Origin: a virus
Lineage: Duplodnaviria; Caudoviricetes
Direction: 5' to 3' (one strand)
IMG/VR virus record: IMGVR_UViG_3300020596_000001
Coordinates: 545 to 64,544 of that record
Length of the DNA: 64,000 bases
Part shown: one piece after another, positions 8,466-17,534 of the stretch
Layout: the number at the start of each line of letters is the position of its first letter
How positions within the stretch are numbered: the stretch's first letter is position 1
Translations under genes and position numbers: made by a program
The notes under the pieces: generated by a model
Database searches by the model: none
Told to the model about the DNA's origin: nothing
Seen by the model: the letters and a program-made list of their open reading frames with translations, nothing else

Positions 8466-10085
8466 ATGATTCGGCGCTGGGACAAGAGCAAGCCGCCGAC
8501 CGGCCCCTGGACGCTCAACAAGGACGCGCCACAAGCGCAGGGGTTGGTTGCGTGGTATCCGATGGGCGGGCCATCGGCGCGTGGGTATGCAGCCGATCTA
8601 GCCGGGCAGCTTGCCCTTAGCGGCACTGTGTCGTCGTCCGTTCTTGGCGCCGACGGGCAACCAGCGACATCTCTTAACGGCAGTAGTGAGTTTTTGCTTA
8701 ACTCGTCGGGGGCGCCTGTCTCCGACGTGCCGCTAACGCTGGCGTCCTGGGCCAACGCAGGCTCGTCGAGCCTAGTCGGGTCTTTGTTGGCTGTTGATTT
8801 TGGGCAGAGTACGGGCGGCAATAACCGCTTTCACCGATTGGTGGTAGTTGGCTCTGCGAGCCCCAAACAAGTGCGGGCAAACTCAGGGTGGTCCGGTGGG
8901 CTGGAAACGCAAGCGACGCATGGCGCGGGCTGGGTTGCTGGTACGTGGTTTCACACCGTCGGCGTGTTTGCAAGCCAGACTTCACGAGCTGTCTATTACA
9001 ACGGCGCGCTAGGCGCCACAGATACGACAAGCGCCACCACTGGAACGGTCAACAAAATCCAGTATGGTCGCCATAGCGTAACCGGGTCTGAGCAGCATTG
9101 GAACGGAGGTCTTGGCGAGGCTGGCGTCTGGAATCTCGCGCTTAACGCGGAAATTGTCCGGCGGCTCTACAGCCCAGATACCCGGTACGAACTGTGGTAT
9201 CCGCTACGCAGCAAGAAGTGGTTTTCTGCTGGCTCCGCCGGTATATCCGCTACCCTCACAGGCACGCTAGCCGCTGCAACGGTATCGTCGACCGGAACCG
9301 TTGCGCTCAAAGGCGCGCTGACAGGGACGCTAGCCGCTGCAACAGCTGCGGCCACCGGCACAGTAGCACTCAAGGGCACGCTCTCGAAAACGCTGGACGC
9401 GGCAACACTGTCCGCCACCGCGACCCTGGCCCTGACCGGCACGACTACGCAAACCCTAGCCGATGCGACGCTTGCCGCCACCGGAGCACTTGCCGTAACA
9501 GGTTCTGGAACGCTCACGGCGACCCTGGCAGGCGCCACGCTGGACAGCACTGCGACCCTGGCGCTAAAAGCTGCTACATCGGCCACTCTCGATGCCGCAA
9601 CCCTGGCTGCGACCAGCACGCTCGCAATCAAGGGCGCGACGACGGCAACACTGGATGCGGCCACGCTGTCAGCGCAAGGAACATCTCAAACTGTGACGGT
9701 CGGAGTGCTGTCCCAGACGTTGGCTGATGCCTCAGTCGCATCGACCGGAACGCTTGCGCTGCGAGCCCAGGCGTCGCCTACGCTGGACGCTGCCACCCTG
9801 GTATCTACCTCGACCCTTGCGATCAAAGCGGTAGCGACGGCGACCCTTGGCGACGCGACTCTCGCCAGCACGGCCACGGTTCTGATCAAGGGCAGCGCAA
9901 CTATCACGCTGGGCGCATGCACGATCGTTTCGACCGTTCGGTATGACGACCCGAACGCGATCTTCACCACCTCCGAGCACTGGAGATACACCTTCCCGGT
10001 CGATGACATGCGATACGCGATGCCGGTCGATGACATGCGCCACACATTTCCAAGTGGCGGCCTAACCTACAACTTTGGAGAATGA
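8466..10085 (+). CDS. Fibre/appendage protein: LamG (ConA-like) domain plus Thr/Ala-rich repeat stalk
   Basis: GLVAWYPM..TLASWA..WFHTVGVF..VYYNG..HWNGGLGEAGVWNLAL (LamG-like), then ~21-24 aa repeats TL(D/A)AATLxxTxTLAxKG. Confidence 0.75.
   Translation: MIRRWDKSKPPTGPWTLNKDAPQAQGLVAWYPMGGPSARGYAADLAGQLALSGTVSSSVLGADGQPATSLNGSSEFLLNSSGAPVSDVPLTLASWANAGSSSLVGSLLAVDFGQSTGGNNRFHRLVVVGSASPKQVRANSGWSGGLETQATHGAGWVAGTWFHTVGVFASQTSRAVYYNGALGATDTTSATTGTVNKIQYGRHSVTGSEQHWNGGLGEAGVWNLALNAEIVRRLYSPDTRYELWYPLRSKKWFSAGSAGISATLTGTLAAATVSSTGTVALKGALTGTLAAATAAATGTVALKGTLSKTLDAATLSATATLALTGTTTQTLADATLAATGALAVTGSGTLTATLAGATLDSTATLALKAATSATLDAATLAATSTLAIKGATTATLDAATLSAQGTSQTVTVGVLSQTLADASVASTGTLALRAQASPTLDAATLVSTSTLAIKAVATATLGDATLASTATVLIKGSATITLGACTIVSTVRYDDPNAIFTTSEHWRYTFPVDDMRYAMPVDDMRHTFPSGGLTYNFGE
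9240..9940 (+). repeat. Coding tandem repeats (TLDAATL-type, about 10 units)
   Basis: Visible directly in the translation of 8466..10085. Confidence 0.85.
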
Positions 10086-10086
10086 C

Positions 10087-10443
10087 ATGGCAACAGGAGC
10101 AGCATGGAACGATGCCACCGCAGGATCTGACGAGGTTGTCAAGCCGTGGGCGTTCTTCGACAAGGACGACATCATCGACATCCCGCTGGAGATTGGTCTG
10201 TGGCTTGCCGACAAGGAAACGACCTACGCCAGTCACGCGGTCACGACGCACGCGGATCTGTCGTGCACGAACCCGGCGGCAGGGTATGACTCAGGGACGA
10301 AGGTGATCAAGTCTCGGATCATCAAGAACCCAGCCGGCGCGGCCCTGGTGAACAACACCAAATACTGGGTTACGTTCCACGTCGTCGGCGCCGACGGGCA
10401 GGAAAAGGACAGGACTGTCTACCTCAAGGCCGCGCTCATGTAG
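10087..10443 (+). CDS. Putative fibre-tail adaptor protein
   Basis: FFDKDDIIDIPLEIGLWL..YWVTFHV..GQEKDRTVYL pattern; follows the fibre gene; GGAG RBS. Confidence 0.55.
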   Translation: MATGAAWNDATAGSDEVVKPWAFFDKDDIIDIPLEIGLWLADKETTYASHAVTTHADLSCTNPAAGYDSGTKVIKSRIIKNPAGAALVNNTKYWVTFHVVGADGQEKDRTVYLKAALM

Positions 10444-10444
10444 G

Positions 10445-10489
10445 TTGCCCCCGGCATTTCTGGTCAAAGCCCAGCTAGGGCAAAACAAT
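10445..10489 (+). promoter_or_regulatory. Putative late promoter motif, copy 2 (lysis cassette)
   Basis: TTGCCCCCGGC-ATTTCTG-GTCAAA-N15-AACAAT, then 6 nt to ATG 10496. Confidence 0.7.
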
Positions 10490-10495
10490 GCGGCC

Positions 10496-10675
10496 ATGAC
10501 CAGAGAGCAACACGAAAAAACCATCGAACTGACTCAGGCAGAGGTCGAGCGCGGCGCACGCGAGCATGAGTACAGCCTCTGGATGTCTCGATATCGCGCG
10601 GGAAATATGAGCATGGAAGAGTGGCAAAAGCACCTCGTGGACCAGGATTTCGTGAATTGGTTGGGGGACCTGTGA
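10496..10675 (+). CDS. Hypothetical protein (probably leaderless)
   Basis: ATG 6 nt after the -10-like hexamer; MTREQHEK... Confidence 0.5.
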   Translation: MTREQHEKTIELTQAEVERGAREHEYSLWMSRYRAGNMSMEEWQKHLVDQDFVNWLGDL

Positions 10676-10720
10676 TGGCAAATTTGAGCGTGCAACAAAT
10701 CATTCGCGGAGCGTAAAAAA

Positions 10721-10930
10721 ATGTATGAGCAATCCAACGCCAGAGCAAAAAGACGCCCAGGACATGGTGAACAAGTTGCGGGAATATCGCCGCTGGGCGA
10801 AGGTGACTTCGCTGCTGGCCGGGAGGATCGCGTGGCTTGGCCTCGCGGGCTTGGTTGGTTGGATCGTAGCCAAGGTTTGGCGCTAACGGCTGGTTTCTGG
10901 ATCGGATTTGTTGTTGGGAGGATGACGTGA
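10721..10930 (+). CDS. Small protein with C-terminal hydrophobic segment
   Basis: GLALTAGFWIGFVVG; overlaps the next start codon. Confidence 0.45.
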   Translation: MYEQSNARAKRRPGHGEQVAGISPLGEGDFAAGREDRVAWPRGLGWLDRSQGLALTAGFWIGFVVGRMT

Positions 10931-11286
10931 GCGAAGCCGTTCAACTCGCCATCATTGCAGCGGTGCAAAGCTGGGGAAACTCGCTGTTTGAGAACCTGTC
11001 CGCAATCGTCCCAGCCGTGGGGACCGCGCTCATCGCCTTCATGACATGGCGATACAACCGGAAGAGCGAAGAGCGGGCCAATACGATCAAGGCCGAAGTC
11101 GTCGCCGTCAAAAGTGCCGCAGTCCTGAGCAGCGAGCAGGCCGAGGACATCGCAACCGGGCGCGAGCGAAAAGGCTATGTCAGCGGAATCGAAAAAGAGC
11201 GCAATCGGTCAAGCCGGCCAGCACCTTTGACGAGCGACTTTCAGCCCCAGCAGACCGACGCGTGGATAGCGGGTAAGCCGCCGTGA
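10927..11286 (+). CDS. Putative holin/membrane protein
   Basis: Hydrophobic LSAIVPAVGTALIAFMTW followed by a charged tail; upstream of the endolysin. Confidence 0.45.
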   Translation: MSEAVQLAIIAAVQSWGNSLFENLSAIVPAVGTALIAFMTWRYNRKSEERANTIKAEVVAVKSAAVLSSEQAEDIATGRERKGYVSGIEKERNRSSRPAPLTSDFQPQQTDAWIAGKPP

Positions 11287-11459
11287 AGCGCCTGCTCCAT
11301 CTTTGGTACAAGCGGCTGATGCTGCGCTGGCTGCTCAAGCGTGAGCGCAAGCTGATGGCGTTGCCGAATCGCACGACGCTCGAAATGGCCGAGTCGATTC
11401 TCCTTACCGGCCATCGCATCGCGGTACTGCAGCGCGATATCAAAAACCTCGGGGGATAG
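11283..11459 (+). CDS. Small basic hypothetical protein (58 aa)
   Basis: Manual translation MKRLLHLWYKRLMLRWLLK...; fills the gap with a GTGA overlap. Confidence 0.45.
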   Translation: MKRLLHLWYKRLMLRWLLKRERKLMALPNRTTLEMAESILLTGHRIAVLQRDIKNLGG

Positions 11460-11461
11460 CC

Positions 11462-11668
11462 ATGAAAACCGCAATCGTTCTCGTGCTGATCCTGGCCGGA
11501 TGCGCATCGCTGCCAGAGGGCGTTGCGATGACGGATGACGAGCGCAAATCGTGCGCAGCAACTCAGGACTGTTCGGTCTGGACAGTGGCAGAGTTGCAAA
11601 AGTTGATCCGCTCGGCCATGCAGCGCGGGTTTGATGCCGGGAAAAGGCTCAAGTGGGACTCGATATGA
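11462..11668 (+). CDS. Lipoprotein
   Basis: MKTAIVLVLILAGC lipobox. Confidence 0.7.
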   Translation: MKTAIVLVLILAGCASLPEGVAMTDDERKSCAATQDCSVWTVAELQKLIRSAMQRGFDAGKRLKWDSI

Positions 11669-12237
11669 AATGGCTGCTTGACGTTATCGCGGCATGGGTT
11701 AAAGCGCGGGCTCCGGCCCCTGTTCCCGTTCCTGCGCCTGCTGTTCGCGCGCCTGCCCCACCGGATAACCGCAAAGCGTTCCTGGACATGATCGCGTTTG
11801 CCGAGGGCACCGATCCACATCCGCTGTCCATAGATCGCGGGTACGACGTGATCGTCACGGGCGTCGACGGCCACGAGATATTCACCGACTACCGCGCGCA
11901 CCCGTTTTCATCCGGTCGCTCGGCAAAGCACGTCAAGGGCGAAATTTGGAGCACTGCGTCGGGCCGCTACCAATTCATGAGGAAAGACTACTGGCACTAC
12001 AAAGCCCTGCTGCACCTGCCCGACTTCGGCCCGGCATCACAGGACCGCTGGGCGATTCAGTTAATCAAAGAGCGTCTGGCACTGGCCGATATCGATGCCG
12101 GGCATTTCCAGATCGCAGTCGGGAAGGTGTCGAACCTTTGGGCATCGCTGCCGGGCGCCAATTACCCTGGTCAGAAAATGCGGCAGATGTCGGCCCTGGA
12201 AGATGCGTATGAGCGTGCAGGCGGGCGGTTTGCCTGA
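11665..12237 (+). CDS. Endolysin, lambda R-like lytic transglycosylase (GH104)
   Basis: KAFLDMIAFAEGT..GYDVIV..STASGRYQ..LPDFGPASQDRWAIQLI..WASLPGANY. Confidence 0.92.
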   Translation: MKWLLDVIAAWVKARAPAPVPVPAPAVRAPAPPDNRKAFLDMIAFAEGTDPHPLSIDRGYDVIVTGVDGHEIFTDYRAHPFSSGRSAKHVKGEIWSTASGRYQFMRKDYWHYKALLHLPDFGPASQDRWAIQLIKERLALADIDAGHFQIAVGKVSNLWASLPGANYPGQKMRQMSALEDAYERAGGRFA

Positions 12238-12761
12238 TGATGTCCCTATCCCCTATCCTCATGCGCGCCGTGGCCGTGGCGGCTGCCCTGGCTGCCCTGG
12301 CGTTGGCCTATCACCTGTGGGCCGGGCATCAGCAAGACATTGGCAGAGCCGAGGTCAGGGCCGAGTGGCAGGCGGATCGGCTGAACATTGCTGAGCAGAA
12401 CCGGCTGCTGCTGATGGCAAATGCGCGCAAGACCGACGAACTACAGGCCAAAGCTGACAAACAAAGGGGAATCGCAAATGCGGAAAACCACGCTCTCAGT
12501 ATTCGTGTCAGCGAGCTTGCTGGCCGGTTGCGGGACCGTCCCAACCGGCCCGACGCAGGTTCAGGCGGTGTCGCCACGGCTACCGGCACTGGAGCCGCTG
12601 GATCCGGCAACGCAAGCTGCACTGGAGCAGGACTTTACAAGCCTGATGGGGAATTTCTTGCAGGGCTTGCTGCCAGCGCCGACCGGCTCAGAATCGCCCT
12701 CAAATCCTGCCGTGCCGGGCGCCAAGCTGACATCGAAACCGTGAACGGAATCGGCCCGTAA
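12237..12761 (+). CDS. Rz: i-spanin (Rz-like)
   Basis: N-terminal TM helix, coiled coil, C-terminal Cys; directly after the endolysin. Confidence 0.8.
   Translation: MMSLSPILMRAVAVAAALAALALAYHLWAGHQQDIGRAEVRAEWQADRLNIAEQNRLLLMANARKTDELQAKADKQRGIANAENHALSIRVSELAGRLRDRPNRPDAGSGGVATATGTGAAGSGNASCTGAGLYKPDGEFLAGLAASADRLRIALKSCRAGRQADIETVNGIGP
12478..12744 (+). CDS. Rz1: o-spanin (Rz1-like), embedded in the +1 frame
   Basis: MRKTTLSVFVSASLLAGC lipobox, Pro-rich, nested in Rz; AGGGG RBS. Confidence 0.8.
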   Translation: MRKTTLSVFVSASLLAGCGTVPTGPTQVQAVSPRLPALEPLDPATQAALEQDFTSLMGNFLQGLLPAPTGSESPSNPAVPGAKLTSKP

Positions 12762-12840
12762 CGACCGTCAAAAACTTGGGAACAGTCGGCTGGGAAGCCC
12801 CTGTTTATGCGGGTCCAAAATCGACGAAAATTCCCAAAAA

Positions 12841-12957
12841 TCATTGGCAACCCGCATGGATCATTGCCGAGAGGAACCGCGCCATAGCGTGGCCCTGCTT
12901 GAGCCCCGCGCAGATGCGGTTGATTTCCTCGTCGGTCAGGTCGGGGTCGGTTGGCAT
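12841..12957 (-). pseudogene. Apparently truncated excisionase-like (DUF4224-type) gene
   Basis: MPTDPDLTDEEINRICAGLKQGHAMARFL resembles the N-terminus of small integrase-adjacent proteins but ends after 38 aa. Confidence 0.35.
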
Positions 12958-12965
12958 GTCGGTCT

Positions 12966-13244
12966 TCAGTAGCTCTGGTAAATTCCACAGTTGGCGCAAA
13001 GGTGCCCATCTGGTGTTAGATAGAACAGTTGATTGCCGCAGTTGCACTCGCGAACCATCTGCCCTGCGGACGGCTGGAACTCGAACCTCCATTTGCCCTT
13101 CATTGCGTGGCAAGAAGGGCATTCGAGTTGCGTGGTTCCGGTTGGCGCAACGGCCTGCCAGTGATGGCTACAGCCAATGCAGAATGCCAGCCCTTGCCCG
13201 TGCTGGTCATCGATCTGCTTGCGTCGGAATGGAGTGACGCTCAT
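12966..13244 (-). CDS. Zn-finger protein
   Basis: CIGC..CPSC..CNCG..CANCG. Confidence 0.65.
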   Translation of the reverse strand: MSVTPFRRKQIDDQHGQGLAFCIGCSHHWQAVAPTGTTQLECPSCHAMKGKWRFEFQPSAGQMVRECNCGNQLFYLTPDGHLCANCGIYQSY

Positions 13245-13477
13245 TGGCTGCTTACTCCACCCGCTCGGATAGCGGCGGCACGGCCCCGCAGCACATCGGC
13301 GCAATGCCGGTCTACCGCGTTGCCTCGCTTGCCTGGCGGCATCAGTGCATCAGCGGCATCATCCAAAGACTTCGCAGCACGCTCGGTAGCAGCTTTCCAT
13401 CCCATCCAAAGGTCTACGCAAAGTGACGGGTGCACCTCCGTCCCGTACCATGCCTCGAATTCGTCGCGCATCGTCAT
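13241..13477 (-). CDS. Hypothetical early protein
   Basis: RDEFEAWY..WMGWKAA phage motif; overlapping stop/start chain. Confidence 0.55.
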   Translation of the reverse strand: MTMRDEFEAWYGTEVHPSLCVDLWMGWKAATERAAKSLDDAADALMPPGKRGNAVDRHCADVLRGRAAAIRAGGVSSQ

Positions 13478-13704
13478 GTCGTCGCTCCTTCGTAAATATC
13501 GCCAAGTTCTTTCGCGCGCGGGTGCCGCATCCATTCAAGCACCAGCCGGTTTAACGCAACATCGCACGGCTGGCAGATCGCCCTGAAGTTGTTGCCATCT
13601 GCGCATATCTGCCACTGCGAATAGCCGCGCTCACCGCAGCGCACGCAGCGCAGGCGGCGAATGCCGGTGTCTGTGTATGGCTGCCTGCGTTGGGGCCATG
13701 TCAT
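13474..13704 (-). CDS. Zn-finger hypothetical protein
   Basis: CVRCG..ICQPCD. Confidence 0.55.
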   Translation of the reverse strand: MTWPQRRQPYTDTGIRRLRCVRCGERGYSQWQICADGNNFRAICQPCDVALNRLVLEWMRHPRAKELGDIYEGATT

Positions 13705-13949
13705 TTTGTTTTCTGCCAGGCAACGGGCGCAACCCATTCGCCACGCGCAACTGAGATGCAGTCCTTTGAGTCAAGCATGTAATCAAAGTTGGCGCAGTGG
13801 TCGTCCTCGGCTTGTATTGCGGCGCAAATACGCTCCCGCTCCGCTGCCGCGCAAGCCTTGCCGTATGCGACGGCCTCGGCCATCGTGCAATATTTCCTGC
13901 CGTGTTCGGTGTCGTCACGCAGAATGGGCTTTGGCAGTGGTGGTGTCAT
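13701..13949 (-). CDS. Hypothetical protein
   Basis: AAERERIC phage motif; overlap chain. Confidence 0.5.
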   Translation of the reverse strand: MTPPLPKPILRDDTEHGRKYCTMAEAVAYGKACAAAERERICAAIQAEDDHCANFDYMLDSKDCISVARGEWVAPVAWQKTK

Positions 13950-14197
13950 CTCGACACCTTGCCACCAAGAGACCCGGGCATTGGCACGATCCGCAGCGTG
14001 CCATCGGGGCAAAGCAAAATCTCGTTCGTTGCGGCGTAGCCACCGCTGTCTCGGTCAAGGGCCAATCCATGCGGCTTGCACTGCGCTCGTGCCTCGCCAA
14101 TCCACGCGGGCTCACCAGTGTCTCCACATGCCGCCAGCAGGCTTGCCAAAAGCACCGCGCTAGCCCTAACCCATGTGCTGTTCATTGTCATTTCCAT
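13946..14197 (-). CDS. Lipoprotein
   Basis: VLLASLLAAC lipobox. Confidence 0.6.
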   Translation of the reverse strand: MEMTMNSTWVRASAVLLASLLAACGDTGEPAWIGEARAQCKPHGLALDRDSGGYAATNEILLCPDGTLRIVPMPGSLGGKVSR

Positions 14198-14206
14198 CCC
14201 CTTGCA

Positions 14207-14482
14207 TCAGTCATCAAAAAGCGCATGGGCTAGGCACACGCTCTCCATGTCCAGCCGAGCCCTCCATGTTTGCATCCGCCCGTCGTACACAGCCCGCTGG
14301 TAGTGGTACACCTGGCCCGGCAGGATACGGCCATTGTCAGCTTCAGCCGCATCAAATATCGCCTGCTGCTCAGGTGTCAAGTCGTGCCGCCCCATGCCGT
14401 AGTTGTGGAACCACGCAGTCGCATCGCACTTGTGGCTTTTCCGCGCAGTCCTGCGTTCGTCCGTTAGCACTTTGTCGCTCAT
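14207..14482 (-). CDS. Hypothetical protein
   Basis: RTARKSHKCD..ILPGQVY, a common phage small-protein pattern. Confidence 0.55.
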   Translation of the reverse strand: MSDKVLTDERRTARKSHKCDATAWFHNYGMGRHDLTPEQQAIFDAAEADNGRILPGQVYHYQRAVYDGRMQTWRARLDMESVCLAHALFDD

Positions 14483-14730
14483 ATCGTTCCCCTCGCTTTG
14501 ATTGCTTCGATTGCAATTGCACTCCCGGAAACGTAGCTCGCACAATCGACAATTATTGAGATGCAAGCGGCTCGCTCCGCCGCCACAAGAGTCTCGCCGT
14601 ACCGTTGCGCGTAGGCTTTGGCGGCTGCAATCACGTGCTTGTCCCGACCGTCGAAATTCGGGCCGCTGCGCACAAGATCCCATGCGGCGCCGATGACGCC
14701 AATCGGCTCGGGCAGTGGTGGCATCGTCAT
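14479..14730 (-). CDS. Hypothetical protein
   Basis: Overlap chain; AAERAAC motif. Confidence 0.5.
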   Translation of the reverse strand: MTMPPLPEPIGVIGAAWDLVRSGPNFDGRDKHVIAAAKAYAQRYGETLVAAERAACISIIVDCASYVSGSAIAIEAIKARGTI

Positions 14731-15506
14731 GTCGCTCCCCTGGATTTCGTCAGATCATCGAGCGCCGATGCCACGTCGGGATCGGTTTCAGCGTTCCATG
14801 CACGCAGGCTTTCCAGTGCTGTGACGTTGCGTGTCGTTCCCATTGCTGCGTCGATGGCAGCGACGACAGACTCGCATTCGCTAAGTACGTCTATGTCCGT
14901 CGTGGTTCGGCCTGCGCGAAACAACGCAGTGCGCGCTTGATCCATGCACGCCCGTAGCCGCGCATTGACGCATCCCGACCTTACACAGTCTGCGTGGCAT
15001 GAGTGGATGCCCTCGGCTTGTAGGCGCACCAGATCAGCCCGCGATTGATTGAGCATTTCGCGCATGCGTATCAAGCTGGCTTCGCGGTCATCGACGGCGT
15101 GGGTAAGCCGCGCTATCTCAGCAGCCTGGGCAGATACACCCCGCTCATGCATTTTCACCTCGCTGCTCAATCGCTCGTTATCAGCCTGTGAGGCGCGACT
15201 GAGCATGTCGCGCATGCGGACTACGCGGGCTTCGCGGTCATCGATTGATCGGGTTAATGTCGACATCCTCTCGACCTGGGCTTGCAGGGCGTCGGCGGCT
15301 TCGAGGCTCAGCGCATTCATCGGCGCGACATCAGTCGTGCGCAGTCGCTCGATCAGGTCCTCAGTCAGGGGGTCATATTCTTCGCTCTGGGCAGCGTCGT
15401 ACAGCATGTGCACCCCGCGCAGGTATTCGACCGGGACCGCGTAGCTGTCGTGTGGGATGTGCCAGCGCAATGTGCCGCCGACGATTTCAGCGATTGGTGT
15501 CATCAT
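14727..15506 (-). CDS. Coiled-coil hypothetical protein with internal repeat
   Basis: DDREARVVRMRDML / DDREASLIRMREML duplication; AGAGG RBS. Confidence 0.6.
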   Translation of the reverse strand: MMTPIAEIVGGTLRWHIPHDSYAVPVEYLRGVHMLYDAAQSEEYDPLTEDLIERLRTTDVAPMNALSLEAADALQAQVERMSTLTRSIDDREARVVRMRDMLSRASQADNERLSSEVKMHERGVSAQAAEIARLTHAVDDREASLIRMREMLNQSRADLVRLQAEGIHSCHADCVRSGCVNARLRACMDQARTALFRAGRTTTDIDVLSECESVVAAIDAAMGTTRNVTALESLRAWNAETDPDVASALDDLTKSRGAT

Positions 15507-15672
15507 TTGGTCCTCTGGTGGGTGTCAGTGTCGCCACAACTGGCTTGCCGTTGCGGAACGCAGCGGGGAATAGCTTCGCCAGCGCTGCGTACTGTGTGGA
15601 AATCTCCCGTTTCTGGCGGGCGACCTTGCTGCGGAAATTCTTCATTTGGTCCTCTGGTAGCGGGTCAGCGGG

Positions 15673-15927
15673 TCAGGCGGCGCGGGCGTAGTAATTGATC
15701 GCCTGCTCACCGGTAACGCGGAATGACTGCTCGGTGCCATCTGGCGAACGCGCTATGACGGTTGTGCCTTCGCCCTTCACAATCCAGTAATTGGCGCTTT
15801 CCGAATCCTCTCTCTGCGCCCATGTGGCTACCGCGTCTTCTGCGTCGCACCCGTCCACACTGCGACCATCGTCTGATGTTTCGCCCAGTTCGGGGCACCA
15901 GATTAGGTAGGCTTGTTCTTTCGACAT
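15673..15927 (-). CDS. Hypothetical protein
   Basis: GGAG RBS before MSKEQAY. Confidence 0.55.
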   Translation of the reverse strand: MSKEQAYLIWCPELGETSDDGRSVDGCDAEDAVATWAQREDSESANYWIVKGEGTTVIARSPDGTEQSFRVTGEQAINYYARAA

Positions 15928-15947
15928 TTCAATCTCCAAGGTAGTGG

Positions 15948-16187
15948 TCATGCTGCGCAGTCATTGCACACCGGCATCATCAAATTTACCGGCGAGTTGC
16001 TACTTTGCGGCTTGTCGGTCTGGGCGCTCATTTCCTGCTGATAGTTCCAGAGCCCGCAGCTCCCGCATGCTATTTGCCGAATCCCGGCCTTGTCCTGCGC
16101 GGCGGCCCATTCATGCCATGCAAGGTATTCATGTGGCGCCTGGTCGCCTGGCGCGTAGTCGCGTTGCTCAAGTATGTGGATCGTCAT
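15948..16187 (-). CDS. Zn-binding hypothetical protein
   Basis: YLAWHEWA..CGSCGLW; GGAG RBS. Confidence 0.55.
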   Translation of the reverse strand: MTIHILEQRDYAPGDQAPHEYLAWHEWAAAQDKAGIRQIACGSCGLWNYQQEMSAQTDKPQSSNSPVNLMMPVCNDCAA

Positions 16188-16412
16188 TTCAATCTCCAAG
16201 CGTAGCGGCAGGCTGCTCGCAGATATGCCAAACGATTTCGGATGGTCGCAGGCCGTAGGATGTCGCGCATGTTGTCTGCATACTCGGAAGCCACCGCAGC
16301 CAAATCGGCAATTGATCGGCCTGAATAAGCATCGAGGCACCGGGCAAGTTCTGCTTCGAGGTTTCCATGGTTCCAAGCTGCTGCGCGACGACGCGGGCGG
16401 TGATCATGTCAG

Positions 16413-16751
16413 TCATTCAAACTCCCGAATCAGGCTGTCAATCCACGCGTGCCGGGTCACCTGCATCCTGTCAAGATACGCGGCATAGTCTTTGAATTGG
16501 TATCCAAAAATGCCGTGGTGATACTCCAGCCAACCATCAAGCGTTGAAATATAACTAAGCCGCTGCCGAATCAAATCAATCACATCTTGCCTGGCGGCAT
16601 CCGTGTCGATGCAATCGTTTGCGTCACGAATCGCAGTGCACAGGAAACGGGCAAGTCTGAATGGTCCAGTCTCGCTCGTGTCCCGAGCGAGCAGCGTTTT
16701 CGCCTTTACCAGCAACGCGTGTTTTTGCTTTCGTGTGCTCATTTTGGTCAT
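16413..16751 (-). CDS. Hypothetical protein
   Basis: FLCTAI..RHAWIDSLI phage pattern. Confidence 0.55.
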   Translation of the reverse strand: MTKMSTRKQKHALLVKAKTLLARDTSETGPFRLARFLCTAIRDANDCIDTDAARQDVIDLIRQRLSYISTLDGWLEYHHGIFGYQFKDYAAYLDRMQVTRHAWIDSLIREFE

Positions 16752-16895
16752 ATCAGTCGAGCGCCACGTTAAACATCAGCCCGAAAAGCAGTGCATGCGC
16801 GATCCAGAAATGCCATGTGCTTAAGGTGATGCCGCCATCATGTAGGACGAGGCTGAACGCGCCGCCGAGAATCGATCCGAGAACGTATTGGCGAA

Positions 16896-17534
16896 TCATG
16901 TCGTACCCCTTACCTTTGCGAACTCGATAACCCAAACAAACGGATTCAGATCCCACGAACCGGGGCCGTTGATTGACTCCCAAAGGCGTCTGTAGGCGGC
17001 GCAATACGACCACTGATAGTCAGAATCTGGAGGTGGCTCGTCAATACCCTCATCGTATGGCGGCGCACCCTCGGCCCGCGCATCCGCATCGCTGATGCCC
17101 TGCAACCTCTCCACGCGCACAGCGGTTATCTCAAGGGTGATGCGGGATGCCAAGCGGGGCATGTGGATCGACGGGCGCCAGGGTAATTCGGTGCCGTTAT
17201 CCATCGCCCTAGCTTCGCCATCAGCCCGGTAAACGTATGACCGATCCATGCGTGTTTCGGATAACTGGTTCCAGTTCCTGGCCCAAGTCTCACGCACCCA
17301 AAGCGTCCCGCCTGCCTGGCCGTAGGGGCAAAACAATGGTGCCAGCCCTAAATCATCTTGGTCAACAAACCATGCGGCTGGGCCGTGATGGATGCCCTCC
17401 GTATCGACGGCTTCATCAAAGCTGAAAAAATCAGCGCCGGATGGGACTTTCAAAATCCTGCGTGTCTGCGTCTTGCTGCCGTCCAGCAGCGCCCGGACCA
17501 TCGGTGCGCTGAAAAGGATTGGTTTTCCGTCCAT
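16896..17534 (-). CDS. ASCH-like phage protein
   Basis: KPILFSAPMVRALLDGSKTQTRR..LWVRETW..WRPSIHMPR.ASRITLEIT.VRVERLQ..NPFVWVIEF. Confidence 0.8.
   Translation of the reverse strand: MDGKPILFSAPMVRALLDGSKTQTRRILKVPSGADFFSFDEAVDTEGIHHGPAAWFVDQDDLGLAPLFCPYGQAGGTLWVRETWARNWNQLSETRMDRSYVYRADGEARAMDNGTELPWRPSIHMPRLASRITLEITAVRVERLQGISDADARAEGAPPYDEGIDEPPPDSDYQWSYCAAYRRLWESINGPGSWDLNPFVWVIEFAKVRGTT

Noticed and set aside
9995-10040. Direct repeat CCGGTCGATGACATGCG as a diversity-generating retroelement VR/TR pair
   Set aside because: It is a short in-frame 27-nt tandem duplication (PVDDMR), and no reverse transcriptase was found in the window.
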